A stretch of 64,000 nt of DNA from a bacterium (GTDB lineage: Bacteria > Krumholzibacteriota > Krumholzibacteriia > LZORAL124-64-63), in contig JAHIYU010000072.1 of assembly GCA_018814885.1 (NCBI GenBank), positions 2,211-66,210 of the forward strand, in the 5' to 3' direction. The notes beneath the pieces are model-generated. The model was not told the origin of the DNA. It did not search any database and saw nothing but the letters and a program-made list of their open reading frames with translations. Below, piece by piece: positions 9,772-18,960 of the stretch (position 1 is its first letter; every line of letters starts with the position of its first letter). The translations under genes and the position numbers were made by a program.

Positions 9772-9898
9772 GCCCTCACGCCCTTGCCGGGGACGCGCGC
9801 CGGTCACCTCCTGTGACCGGCGCGCTCGACTTTCGGGGCGCTCCGCCCTCCATGGTTCCGCGCCCCCTTCAGACGTCCCGGCAAGGGCGTGAGGGCTC
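9770..9898. repeat. Nested inverted-repeat element: 22-bp perfect outer arms (9770..9791 / 9877..9898) flanking an 85-bp core that contains an 8-bp-stem hairpin (about 9800..9820)
   Basis: Read directly: GAGCCCTCACGCCCTTGCCGGG ... CCCGGCAAGGGCGTGAGGGCTC. Inner CCGGTCAC-ctcct-GTGACCGG. Begins right at the stop of the 8674..9771 gene. Confidence 0.5.
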
Positions 9899-10067
9899 GA
9901 ATCATCCATATGAACAGATCCGGGCCCCACCAAACGTCCCGGCCGGCCGGCACGGGATCAGAGCGTATCCACGCGCCGTGCCCTCATTCCACACCCGGCC
10001 CTTCGGCGGGCTTGTCACATGCAATTTATGAGTACAGTATCGTCGGACACCCGAACGAGGAGCCGAG

Positions 10068-10568
10068 ATGCGCATCCTGATCACACTCGCCCTGCTCGCG
10101 GCGCCGCTGTGGGTGGCGGCCGCCGACCTCTCAGACCTCGCCTGGCTGGAAGGCGAATGGCAGGGCTATTCGCTCATGGGCGAGACGTCCAACGTCAACC
10201 ACAAGGAGTTCCGCTTCGCGCAGGCGGGCCGCTACCTCGTCGAGCGGACGCTGGCCATGTTCCCGCCCGCCGAGCCGTCGACCGACTACGAGACGCACCA
10301 GGACATGACCGTGTTCTATGCGATCGGCGGTGAGCTGCGGTCCAAGGGGTTCTTCGCGGAGGGCTTAGTGCAGTCGTCCGCGGTGACGGTGGACGGACCC
10401 AGGGTGATCATCGAGAGCACCGAGGTCGAGGGCGGACCCCCCGGCATGCGTGCCCGCCTGGTCTACGAACGCGCGGGCTACGATCGCTTCACCGGCGTCT
10501 TCGAGGTGGACTGGTCCGGCGGCGGCTACGAGTGTTATCAGACCTACGAATTCTCGCGCCTGCGCTGA
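10068..10568 (+). CDS. Small secreted protein of unknown function
   Basis: Signal peptide MRILITLALLAAPLWVAAA. 166 aa, no known motif. Confidence 0.55.
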   Translation: MRILITLALLAAPLWVAAADLSDLAWLEGEWQGYSLMGETSNVNHKEFRFAQAGRYLVERTLAMFPPAEPSTDYETHQDMTVFYAIGGELRSKGFFAEGLVQSSAVTVDGPRVIIESTEVEGGPPGMRARLVYERAGYDRFTGVFEVDWSGGGYECYQTYEFSRLR

Positions 10569-10572
10569 CGAC

Positions 10573-11601
10573 TCAGCGGTACAGCCGCTTGACATCGCCC
10601 CAGGCGCTGCGCTCGTCTCCCGCGTCGCAGTCCGTGTCGTCGTAGGTGATGACGCCAGTGCCGGTCATGGCCGTGCGGTCCAGGACGCAGCACTGCAGCA
10701 GTACGGTGCTGCTGCCCGTCACCAGCCCCGCCTTGCCGTCGGGAGCCGCGTTGCCTTCGAACAGGACGTCCGTGGCGACGACTAGCGCGCCGAAATCCAG
10801 GTAGAGACCGCCGCCGGCCCCGGTGGCGTCGTTGTAGACCAGCTCGCAATCGCCGAGACGCGTCAGCGTACCCTTGCAGGCGATGGCGCCGCCGACTCCG
10901 GCGCGGTTGCCCGTAAAAACGCACTTGTCGAGCAGCGGCGCGTTGTCGCCGCCCGTGGCGTGGAAGCCGCCGCCCCAGCCGCCGGCGCGGTTGTTCGTGA
11001 AGATGCAGCCGCGCAGCACCGGATCCGCGAGGCGGCTGCAGAAGCCGCCGCCGGACCCCGCGTCGGCCACGTTGCCGGCGAAGACGCACCGCTCCAGCAG
11101 GGGCGCCGATTCGTTGCAGTAGAAGCCCGCGCCGTCGAGGCCCGTGATGCAGCCGATGAAGACGCAGTCGCGGAAGGCCACGTCGGCGTGGTTGCAGAAG
11201 ACGGCGCCCGCGGCCGCATCCATCCCGTTGGCGAAGGTGAGGCCTTCGACCGCCGTGGCGGCGGAGAGCCCCTCGCAGGAGAGGATGCGTCCCCGCCAGA
11301 CGGCATCCACGGTCACGCAGTCCGCCTCGCCGGTCGTGCTGCGCAGCACGACGCCTTCGGTCATCTCGAGTCCGGGTTCGGGGTAGACGCCGCAGGAGAC
11401 CAGGACGGTGTCGCCGGCGGCCGCGGCGGCGAGACCGGCCCCGATGGTGGGCAGCTCGTCCGGCACGCGCCAGGTGCGGGCGGTGGACGGTGCGGCGGCG
11501 GCGCATACGATCATCCAGATCGACAGCAGCGGCCACGCCTGTGCCGGCACGGCCAATAACCGGTTGCGATCGCTTCCGTCTTGCCTTTTTCTGGATGTCA
11601 T
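10573..11601 (-). CDS. Secreted right-handed beta-helix repeat protein carrying the conserved C-terminal WGxVKxLY tag
   Basis: Repeated GxxFxxCxFxxN-type beta-helix rungs (CVFIGC, CVFAGN, CIFTNN, CVFTGN). C-terminus ...DERSAWGDVKRLYR-stop. Start taken at the Met preceding the long hydrophobic signal region (MTSRKR...), so the start is uncertain. Confidence 0.55.
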   Translation of the reverse strand: MTSRKRQDGSDRNRLLAVPAQAWPLLSIWMIVCAAAAPSTARTWRVPDELPTIGAGLAAAAAGDTVLVSCGVYPEPGLEMTEGVVLRSTTGEADCVTVDAVWRGRILSCEGLSAATAVEGLTFANGMDAAAGAVFCNHADVAFRDCVFIGCITGLDGAGFYCNESAPLLERCVFAGNVADAGSGGGFCSRLADPVLRGCIFTNNRAGGWGGGFHATGGDNAPLLDKCVFTGNRAGVGGAIACKGTLTRLGDCELVYNDATGAGGGLYLDFGALVVATDVLFEGNAAPDGKAGLVTGSSTVLLQCCVLDRTAMTGTGVITYDDTDCDAGDERSAWGDVKRLYR

Positions 11602-11629
11602 ACCACGACCCTTACCCGGGAGACCGACG

Positions 11630-12319
11630 ATGCCCGCGATTACCAGCATGCCTCCGGAGATGCTCGCCTTCCTGTCCGACCTCGAGCGGAACAACCGGCG
11701 CGAGTGGTTCCAGTCCCAGAAGTCGCGTTACGAGATGACCGTGAAGGAACCGGCTCTGGGATTCGTCGCGGACTTCGCCCCGCGCCTGGCCAGGATCAGT
11801 CCCCACTTCGAGGCCGATCCCCGCCCGGTCGGCGGCTCGCTGTTCCGCATCTACCGCGACACGCGGTTCAGCCGCGACAAGACACCCTACAAGACCCACG
11901 TGGGCATCCAGTTCCGTCACGCGCGGGGCAAGTCGGTCCACGCCCCGGGCTTCTACCTCCACGTGGACCCCTACCGGCCCTTCGCCGGTCTCGGCGTCTG
12001 GCATCCCGACGGACCCACGCTCGCGTCGATCCGCGACGCCATCGTAGCAGATCCAGACGGTTGGCGGAAAGCCGCACACGGCAAGGCGCTGCGCCGGGTC
12101 TGGGACGTCACGGGCGATACCCTCAAGCGCCCCCCGCGCGGCTACCCGCAGGATCATCCCTTCGTCGAGGATCTCAAGCTCAAGGACTTCACCGCGATCG
12201 CCGCCCTGACGCCCGACGACCTGACCGCGCCGGATTTCGCGCGCGACCTGGCGGCTCTGTTCCGCAAGGGCGCCCCGCTGATGGGCTTCCTCTGCCGGGC
12301 CGTGGGCGTGGCGTACTGA
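11630..12319 (+). CDS. DUF2461 (TIGR02453) family protein
   Basis: N-terminus MPAITSMPPEMLAFLSDLERNNRREWF and the conserved FRIYRDTRFSRDKTPYKTH block. Confidence 0.7.
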   Translation: MPAITSMPPEMLAFLSDLERNNRREWFQSQKSRYEMTVKEPALGFVADFAPRLARISPHFEADPRPVGGSLFRIYRDTRFSRDKTPYKTHVGIQFRHARGKSVHAPGFYLHVDPYRPFAGLGVWHPDGPTLASIRDAIVADPDGWRKAAHGKALRRVWDVTGDTLKRPPRGYPQDHPFVEDLKLKDFTAIAALTPDDLTAPDFARDLAALFRKGAPLMGFLCRAVGVAY

Positions 12320-12332
12320 TCCGCGCCGGATC

Positions 12333-15179
12333 TCACTTCATGAGGGTCACGCGCCGGGTGGCCGTCCCGCCGGCGACGTCGCGGAACCGGATAAGGTAGA
12401 CGCCGCTGGGCGCCCGGTGTCCCGCGTCGTCCTCTCCCCGCCAGGTCATCGCGCCGTGGAGCGCCCGGGTGTCGCGGTCGTAGAGCCTGCGCACGAGGCG
12501 TCCGCGCGTGTCGAAGACGGTCAAGGCGACCGGGCCGGGGCGCGTCGCGCGCCAGGTGATGCGGGTCTGGGGATTGAAGGGATTGGGATAGACGGTCAAC
12601 TCGGGTCCCGCTCCCGCGTCGGGAAGCTGCGGCTCCATTTCCACGGCGACGGCATGCCTGTCGTCGGCGAAGGCGATGTCGTCGACAAAGAAGCCCTCCC
12701 CGCGCACCGCGGCATCGGAGGCGAAGACGAAGCGGAAGGTGACCGCGTCCTTGTCCCGGTCCGAGAGGTCGAACACGGCGCCCCGCCAGTCGCGGATCAC
12801 CCCGGACCAGCCGGGCCGGGAGCCCAGGGCCGAGACGCTGTCGTGGGTGTAGCCCGTCATCGGCTCCAGCAGGACCCATTCATCGTCGACCAGCAGTTCC
12901 AGGTTCACGCCGTCGAAACTCGATTCCGTGGAACACCAGTAGTGGAAGCTGAGGCGGAGCAGGTCCGTGTCCGGGTACGTGTAGGTGGCGGATGTGAGGG
13001 TGGCGTAGGCGTTGTTCAGGTATTGACCATCCAGGCCCACGGCCCAGCACCTGTGGGGCGAGAAGGCGGACTCGGGTCCCTGCGTCGGTACGCCCCAGGC
13101 CCAGTGGAGGCCGAAGGCCTGGTACCCGCCGGACATCGTGAACGACTCCACGGCGGGGGGTACGCGCACGTATTTCGTGTTGAAGCCGGTCTCGGTCGCC
13201 ACGGGCGTGATGATCTCGGCGTGCGCACCGTGCCAGGGCTTGTGGTCGTAGAGGATCGTGACTTCCTTGCCCGCGGCCAGGCCGGGCATGTCGTACGCCC
13301 CGTTCTCGCGCGTATAGGCGGGCAGGATCGGCTTGCCGGGCACCCAGACGCGGATGCCGGCGAGCTGGAGCGTGTCCATCCCGGCCACGAGCCCGGACAG
13401 GGTGACGTGTGGCAACCTGTTCAGGGAGATGTCCCGCGTCTGGTCGACGCCTGGCGTCACGTACGTCTCGATCGAGGCCATCTCGTAGAAATACTCGTCG
13501 AACTCGAGGGTCATCGGTCCGGCCGGCAGGTTGATGCTGTACAGACCGTCGGCGCCGGTGGTGATCCTCCGTTCGTGTTCCGGGAGAACGATGATTGCGT
13601 AGGGGATCGGCAGGCTCGATGTGCTGTCGGTGACCCGTCCGTTGAGGTTGCCGACGGAAATCGAGGCGAGCGACCAGGCGGCTGCGATGTCGGGGCGCGG
13701 GCCCACGTGTTGGGTGTCCGGCAGGTAGGGAGTGCCTGTCACGGTGAGCACTTCCCGCATGACTTGGGGATTCAGCGAGAAGCCGAGTTGCGCCCTGGCC
13801 ATGCCCTGCATGTCGGCCACGGCGCCGGCGATGATGGCGGACGCGCTCGAGGTGCCGCTGAACGAATCGGTGTACCACTGCTCTTCGGGGAACCCCTCGA
13901 CGGCTCCCTGCAGGTCGCCGTAGGCGCAGGTCGCGACCTCGCGGCCCCAGCAGTGTAGATCCAGGCGTTGTCCGTAGTTGGAGAACCACTCCGGTTCCAG
14001 GTCGGGGCGGGCGGCGCCGCACATGATGGCCCCGGAATTGCGATAATCGGGATCGAAGAGCGGACGGTATGCGGGGCCGTCCAGATCCTGCTGCCCGTTG
14101 CCGCCGGCCTCGCAGACGATCCGTCCGGAGGCGGTGGCGATGAGAATGGCGTCGAAGTTGTCCTGCCAGTACTCGACGGGCACGTAGCCGTATTCGCCGA
14201 TGCCGGTGGCGTTCGGTCCCGGCGCGTGCAGCTCGATCAGGATGATGTCGCCGCCGGCGATGATCTGGGCGGCCTTCAGGATGGCTTCGGGCAGGGATTG
14301 CGAGAAGATGGACGCGCCGCCGATCTGGCACGACGGAGCCACGCCCCGCACGCCGGAACCGTTGTCGGCGCCCCTGATCACTCCCTGCACGGCCGTGCCG
14401 TGATTGCGCCAGCTCTGGTCGTCGAACGGCGTGCCGCTGGTGTAGAAGGGGCTCGTCAGATCCTCGTGGTTCCACAGCCAGGACAGCTCGACGTCCACGA
14501 CCTTGACGTTCTCGCCCCGGCCGCCCGGCGTCTGCGCCACCGCGAGGGCGCCGATCCCCTCGGGCGGCGCGCCCAGATAGCCCTGCAGGAGCGAGTAATC
14601 CTGCGAATCGACGGCGTCCGGGGCGGCGTAATGGGAGTCGTCGTGATCATCATCGGAAGCGGGAGGCGTGTAGATTCCCGTGAACGCGTCGAAGCCGAGC
14701 GTGGCCGGCACGTAAGATGGTTCCAGGTAGGCCGTCTCCACGGACGGGTCCGCGAGCAGCCTCTCCACTATCCGCAGCAGGGAGGCGCGGTCCCTCGCGT
14801 CCGGCTCGATCACGCCGTAGGTGTTCAGGTCCGGCAGGTCGAGGCCGGAGCGGGCCTCCGCCGCGGCTCGCAGGGCATCGATGTCCGCCGGCTCCGTCCG
14901 GAAACGACGGCGCAACGTGCTGCCCGGCGCAGCGTTCTCGATCAGGCGCGCGATCCTGCCGGCGGAAGTCTTGTCCGTGGCGGCGACGCCGTCGCCGGTG
15001 ACTGTGATTCGCGCGGTGTCACTGAATTTCACGATCACGCGGCCGCTGGGCGCGGCCGTCTGCATGCCGGGTATTCTCTGCTTGGGCACGGCCCTGCGCG
15101 CCAGCGGCGCCGCCGCCACGGACGCAGCGGCGAGCGTCACCGCCAGCAGGAGGGTGATCGGTGCTGTGCGCAGGGTCAT
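12333..15179 (-). CDS. Secreted S8-family serine peptidase with C-terminal FlgD-Ig-like / T9SS-type sorting domain
   Basis: Signal peptide MTLRTAPITLLLAVTLAAASVAAAP. His motif HGTAVQGVI, Ser motif SGTSSASAIIAGAVADM. C-terminal tail LTVYPNPFNPQTRITW...VYLIRFRDVAGGTATRRVTLMK. Start placed at an in-frame ATG with RBS. Confidence 0.7.
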   Translation of the reverse strand: MTLRTAPITLLLAVTLAAASVAAAPLARRAVPKQRIPGMQTAAPSGRVIVKFSDTARITVTGDGVAATDKTSAGRIARLIENAAPGSTLRRRFRTEPADIDALRAAAEARSGLDLPDLNTYGVIEPDARDRASLLRIVERLLADPSVETAYLEPSYVPATLGFDAFTGIYTPPASDDDHDDSHYAAPDAVDSQDYSLLQGYLGAPPEGIGALAVAQTPGGRGENVKVVDVELSWLWNHEDLTSPFYTSGTPFDDQSWRNHGTAVQGVIRGADNGSGVRGVAPSCQIGGASIFSQSLPEAILKAAQIIAGGDIILIELHAPGPNATGIGEYGYVPVEYWQDNFDAILIATASGRIVCEAGGNGQQDLDGPAYRPLFDPDYRNSGAIMCGAARPDLEPEWFSNYGQRLDLHCWGREVATCAYGDLQGAVEGFPEEQWYTDSFSGTSSASAIIAGAVADMQGMARAQLGFSLNPQVMREVLTVTGTPYLPDTQHVGPRPDIAAAWSLASISVGNLNGRVTDSTSSLPIPYAIIVLPEHERRITTGADGLYSINLPAGPMTLEFDEYFYEMASIETYVTPGVDQTRDISLNRLPHVTLSGLVAGMDTLQLAGIRVWVPGKPILPAYTRENGAYDMPGLAAGKEVTILYDHKPWHGAHAEIITPVATETGFNTKYVRVPPAVESFTMSGGYQAFGLHWAWGVPTQGPESAFSPHRCWAVGLDGQYLNNAYATLTSATYTYPDTDLLRLSFHYWCSTESSFDGVNLELLVDDEWVLLEPMTGYTHDSVSALGSRPGWSGVIRDWRGAVFDLSDRDKDAVTFRFVFASDAAVRGEGFFVDDIAFADDRHAVAVEMEPQLPDAGAGPELTVYPNPFNPQTRITWRATRPGPVALTVFDTRGRLVRRLYDRDTRALHGAMTWRGEDDAGHRAPSGVYLIRFRDVAGGTATRRVTLMK

Positions 15180-15412
15180 CGTTTCTCCGGGCGTAGCGGT
15201 CCGTAAATCGACCGCTGGAAACAACCTCCGCTTGTGGTGATCTCGGCAGCGGTGTTATCACTATACTGACAAACGGGCACGCTTGGCAAACCTGTTGGGG
15301 CCCCTGCCGGGCCGGTTCCCGGGGTCGCTCGACTCGGTTGCGTGTCGCGGAACCCGCTCTTTGTTACGTATCTGGTCCTGTCTTCGTTACACGACTCGGG
15401 AGGTTGCATCGC

Positions 15413-17200
15413 ATGCAGAACCGCCAGAAGCTGCCCGCCCTCAGGGCGTTGATGAAAAAGCACGGCGCCGACGCCTACTACGTGCCCAGCGTGGATCCCC
15501 ACCAGAGCGAATACGTGCCGGCCTGCTGGCAGCGACGTGTCTGGCTGTCGGGCTTCACGGGATCGGCCGGCGATCTGCTGGTCACCGCCCGCAAGGCCGG
15601 CCTGTGGACCGATTCACGCTACTTCCTGCAGGCCGAGGCGCAACTGGCCGGCAGCGGCATCGAGCTGTTCCGGATAGGGCTGCCCGGCGTGCCGACGCTG
15701 CTGGCCCACGCCTGCCGGGTGCTGAAGAAGGGCCAGACCCTCGCCGTCGATCCGCAGGTGATGTCCCTGGATGCCGCCGACAGCTTCGCGGGCGCCCTGT
15801 CCGAGCGCGGCATCGAGGTCAAGTACCTGGCGCGAAACCTCGGGGACGCCCTCTGGACCGGCCGGCCCGCGCCCTCGGACGCGCCGGTCAAGCTTCACGG
15901 CCCGCGGTACAGCGGCGAGAGCACCGCCTGCAAGCTCGATCGCCTGCGCGCCGCCATGAAGGAGCACGGCGCCCGGGCCCACGTGATCGGTGCGCTGGAC
16001 GTGATCGCCTGGCTCTTCAACATCCGCAGCCGCGACATCGAGTTCACGCCCGTGGTCATCGCCTACGCGATCGTCACCGAGCGGGGCGCCACCCTCTACC
16101 TGGATCAGCGCAAGGTGGGCAAGTCCGTGCGCAAGGGGCTCGGCCGCAGCGTGAGGATCAAGTCCTACGAAGCGGTGGCCGACGATCTGCGCGCTCTCGG
16201 GCGCAGGAAGCTGCCGGTGCTCGTGGATCCCGCCACGACCAGCAAGTGGGTCTGCGACCTGCTCAAGAGCTGCGACCTGGTACGCGCGACCTCGCCGATC
16301 GTCGCCATGAAAGCCATCAAGAACGAGGTGCAGATGGGCGGCATCCGCGCAGCCCACGTCCGCGACGGCGCCGCCATGGTCAAGTTCCTCGGGTGGCTCG
16401 AGACCGCCGTGCCGTCTGGCGGCGTGACGGAGATCTCGGCCAGCGATCGCCTGACCGAGTTCCGCGCCGAGCAGCCCGGCTTCCAGGACAACAGCTTCGG
16501 CCCCATCAGCGGCTACGCGGCCCACGGCGCCATCGTGCACTACAGCGCCACGCCCGAGAGCGACGTGCCCCTGAAGCCCCGCGGCGTCTACCTGATCGAC
16601 TCGGGCGCCCAGTACCTCGACGGCACCACCGACATCACGCGGACCGTGGCCCTCGGCCCGGTGCCCAGGCGGGCGAAGACCATGTTCACCCTGGTGCTCA
16701 AGGGCAACATCAACATCACCCGCACGCCCTTCCCCCAGGGCCTGTCCGGCCAGCGGCTGGAGATCCTGGCCCGCCAGGCGCTCTTGCTGCACGGCCAGAA
16801 CTACGGCCACGGGACCGGCCACGGCGTGGGCCACTACCTGGGCGTGCATGAGGGGCCCATGAGCGTCTCGCCCCGCGACACGGCCAACGTGCCGCTGGCG
16901 CCCGGCCAGCTGCTGAGCATCGAGCCCGGCCACTACGAGGCGGGCAAGTTCGGCATCCGCATCGAGAACCTCTGCCTGGTGGTGCCCGACCCGAAGCACA
17001 CCACCGAGGAGACGGCATGGTATCGGTGGGAGCCGGTCACGCTCTGCCCCATCGATCTGTCGATGATCGACAAGGATCTGCTTGATCCCGTCGAAGTCGA
17101 CTGGCTCAACGCTTATCACAAGCGGGTCTACAAGAAGCTGGCGCCGCTGCTGGATGGATCACACCGCAAGTGGCTCAAGAGGGCCACCCGGTCCATCTGA
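15413..17200 (+). CDS. pepP: Xaa-Pro aminopeptidase (aminopeptidase P, M24B family; long eukaryote-like form)
   Basis: GGGAGG RBS before the ATG. Creatinase-like N-terminal domains and the C-terminal M24 signature HGTGHGVGHYLGVHEGP...GHYE. Confidence 0.8.
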   Translation: MQNRQKLPALRALMKKHGADAYYVPSVDPHQSEYVPACWQRRVWLSGFTGSAGDLLVTARKAGLWTDSRYFLQAEAQLAGSGIELFRIGLPGVPTLLAHACRVLKKGQTLAVDPQVMSLDAADSFAGALSERGIEVKYLARNLGDALWTGRPAPSDAPVKLHGPRYSGESTACKLDRLRAAMKEHGARAHVIGALDVIAWLFNIRSRDIEFTPVVIAYAIVTERGATLYLDQRKVGKSVRKGLGRSVRIKSYEAVADDLRALGRRKLPVLVDPATTSKWVCDLLKSCDLVRATSPIVAMKAIKNEVQMGGIRAAHVRDGAAMVKFLGWLETAVPSGGVTEISASDRLTEFRAEQPGFQDNSFGPISGYAAHGAIVHYSATPESDVPLKPRGVYLIDSGAQYLDGTTDITRTVALGPVPRRAKTMFTLVLKGNINITRTPFPQGLSGQRLEILARQALLLHGQNYGHGTGHGVGHYLGVHEGPMSVSPRDTANVPLAPGQLLSIEPGHYEAGKFGIRIENLCLVVPDPKHTTEETAWYRWEPVTLCPIDLSMIDKDLLDPVEVDWLNAYHKRVYKKLAPLLDGSHRKWLKRATRSI

Positions 17201-17309
17201 TGGGCGGGCACCGAAGAGTGTGTGTGGCGCCTGATGCGTCGAAAGGCATTCACGCCGGATTAGGCGCCCCACACACCCTTCGGTGCGGCATAGATGAAAC
17301 GAGGGCTGC

Positions 17310-18215
17310 TTGAGCCACTTGGGCGAGTTGCTTGCTGTAACGGCGGCCATCTTGTGGGCGTTTGGTGGGACGTTGTTCGGGATGGCGGGGAGGCGTAGCA
17401 GTGCGCTTCTCGTCAATGCCATTCGGTTGCCTTGCGGGGCGTTGCTGCTGTGGCTCACCTGGGTCTTGATGACCGGGACCTTGTGGCCCGAGGGTGTCGG
17501 GTGGCGGCAGCACCTGTGGCTGGGGTTGAGCGGGGCGATCGGTCTGGCGATCGGCGATTCGTTCTACTACAAGGGCATCATGCTGGCCGGGCCGCGGCGC
17601 GCATCTTTGATGCTGGCCGCTACGCCGGTGGGGGCCTCGTTGATGGCTTGGCCCGTGCTGGGCGAGACGCTGGACGTGCTGGCGGTGGCGGGCATCGCGG
17701 TGGTTATCGGAGGTATATCCCTGTCGGTGCTGGGCAAGGATACCGGCGCGGGCGAGCACCGCGACCTGCCCCGCGGGCAGATCTACCGGGGCCTGGCCTG
17801 CGCCCTGGTCTGCGCGGTCTGCACGGCGATCGGCAACGTGCTGGCCAAGCTCGGCATGCCCGGCGACACGCCGCCGCTGGCGGCGACGCTGGTGCGCGGC
17901 CTGTGGGCGGTGGCGGGCATGGCGCTTTTCGTGGCGGGACGACCCTCGGTGTGGTCCGGCCTGCGCGGTCTGCGCGAGAGCCGCGCGTGGCGACCGCTGT
18001 CGGTGGCGATCCTCATCGGCCCGTTCATCGGCATGTGGGTGGCGGTGTCGGCGCTCAAGTACACCGAGGCCGGCGTGGCGTCGGTGCTGATGAACACGGT
18101 GCCGATCACCGTGCTGCTGCCGGCCTGGATGTTCCACCGCGACAAGCCGTCGCCGGTGTCGTTGCTGGGCGTGGTGGTGGCGTTGGCGGGGGGGGCGATG
18201 CTGTTCTTGCGGTGA
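17310..18215 (+). CDS. DMT superfamily (EamA-like) transporter
   Basis: Ten TM helices arranged as two duplicated EamA halves. TTG start; true start could be slightly downstream. Confidence 0.65.
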   Translation: MSHLGELLAVTAAILWAFGGTLFGMAGRRSSALLVNAIRLPCGALLLWLTWVLMTGTLWPEGVGWRQHLWLGLSGAIGLAIGDSFYYKGIMLAGPRRASLMLAATPVGASLMAWPVLGETLDVLAVAGIAVVIGGISLSVLGKDTGAGEHRDLPRGQIYRGLACALVCAVCTAIGNVLAKLGMPGDTPPLAATLVRGLWAVAGMALFVAGRPSVWSGLRGLRESRAWRPLSVAILIGPFIGMWVAVSALKYTEAGVASVLMNTVPITVLLPAWMFHRDKPSPVSLLGVVVALAGGAMLFLR

Positions 18216-18290
18216 TGTCCGGAATGCCGAACCGGCAAGGTGGACGGGGTTATCGCGAAGGAGAATCGTCCAGGAGGGGACAGGAATATC

Positions 18291-18917
18291 ATGGACACCT
18301 CGCGCTGGGAGATCGCGTTCGTCCTGTTGACCGGCCTGGGCCATTATCTGCTGGCCGGCTGGCTGCATTTGCAGCTGGTATACATCGTCGGGGCCTGTGT
18401 TTTCTGGACAGGGTTCGTGGCGGTGCGAGCGGCCGCGGCCCCTGCGGTTCTCGCAGAGTGGGGATTCACCACCCGGAATCTCGGCCGAAGCCTCGCGCTG
18501 CTGATGCCGGTCACGCTGCTGACGGTGTCCGGCTTCGCCGTCTACGGGATGTTCACCGGGAGCATGGTGATGCATTGGCATATCGTGTTGATCTGCCTGC
18601 TCTATCCCGTCTGGGGGCTCGTCCAGCAGTTCCTTGTCGTAGCCCTGCTGGCCGGCAACATCAAAAAGCATACCCGGATCCCGGAGCGGGGAATCGTCCT
18701 CTTGACGGCTCTGGTCTTCGCCGGGGCACATGTTCCGTCCCTTCCTCTCGTCGCCGCCGCGTTCTTCTTGGCTGCGGTCACCACGACCGTCTATTTCCGC
18801 ACCAGAAACCTGTGGGCCTTGGGCCTCTTTCACGGCTGGTTCGCCACGGGCCTGTACTTCTTCGCTCTCGGTCAGGATCCCTGGAAGGAGGTGGTATTCG
18901 CTCGCCTGTGGCCGTAA
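18291..18917 (+). CDS. CPBP-family intramembrane metalloprotease (CAAX protease / Abi-like)
   Basis: Motifs LTALVFAGAHVP (motif 2, EExxxR-like context) and GLFHGWFATGLYF (motif 3, FxxxH-like). AGGAGGGGA RBS before ATG 18291. Confidence 0.7.
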   Translation: MDTSRWEIAFVLLTGLGHYLLAGWLHLQLVYIVGACVFWTGFVAVRAAAAPAVLAEWGFTTRNLGRSLALLMPVTLLTVSGFAVYGMFTGSMVMHWHIVLICLLYPVWGLVQQFLVVALLAGNIKKHTRIPERGIVLLTALVFAGAHVPSLPLVAAAFFLAAVTTTVYFRTRNLWALGLFHGWFATGLYFFALGQDPWKEVVFARLWP

Positions 18918-18960
18918 CCTTTCGCAATGGTCCCCTGTCCCGGCTGGTGTGGATACCGAG

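Noticed and set aside
10544-11559. Several overlapping ORFs (10544..11536 minus, 10960..11559 plus, 10863..11306 minus) inside the beta-helix gene
   Set aside because: Frame shadows. Only the 10573..11694 frame shows beta-helix rung repeats, a signal peptide and the conserved C-terminal tag.
12417-15206. Plus-strand ORFs 12417..13958 and 13968..15206 antisense to the S8 peptidase, and minus ORF 12880..14475 in another frame
   Set aside because: No catalytic motifs and compositionally biased. The 12333..15224 frame carries the subtilase motifs and the T9SS-like tail.
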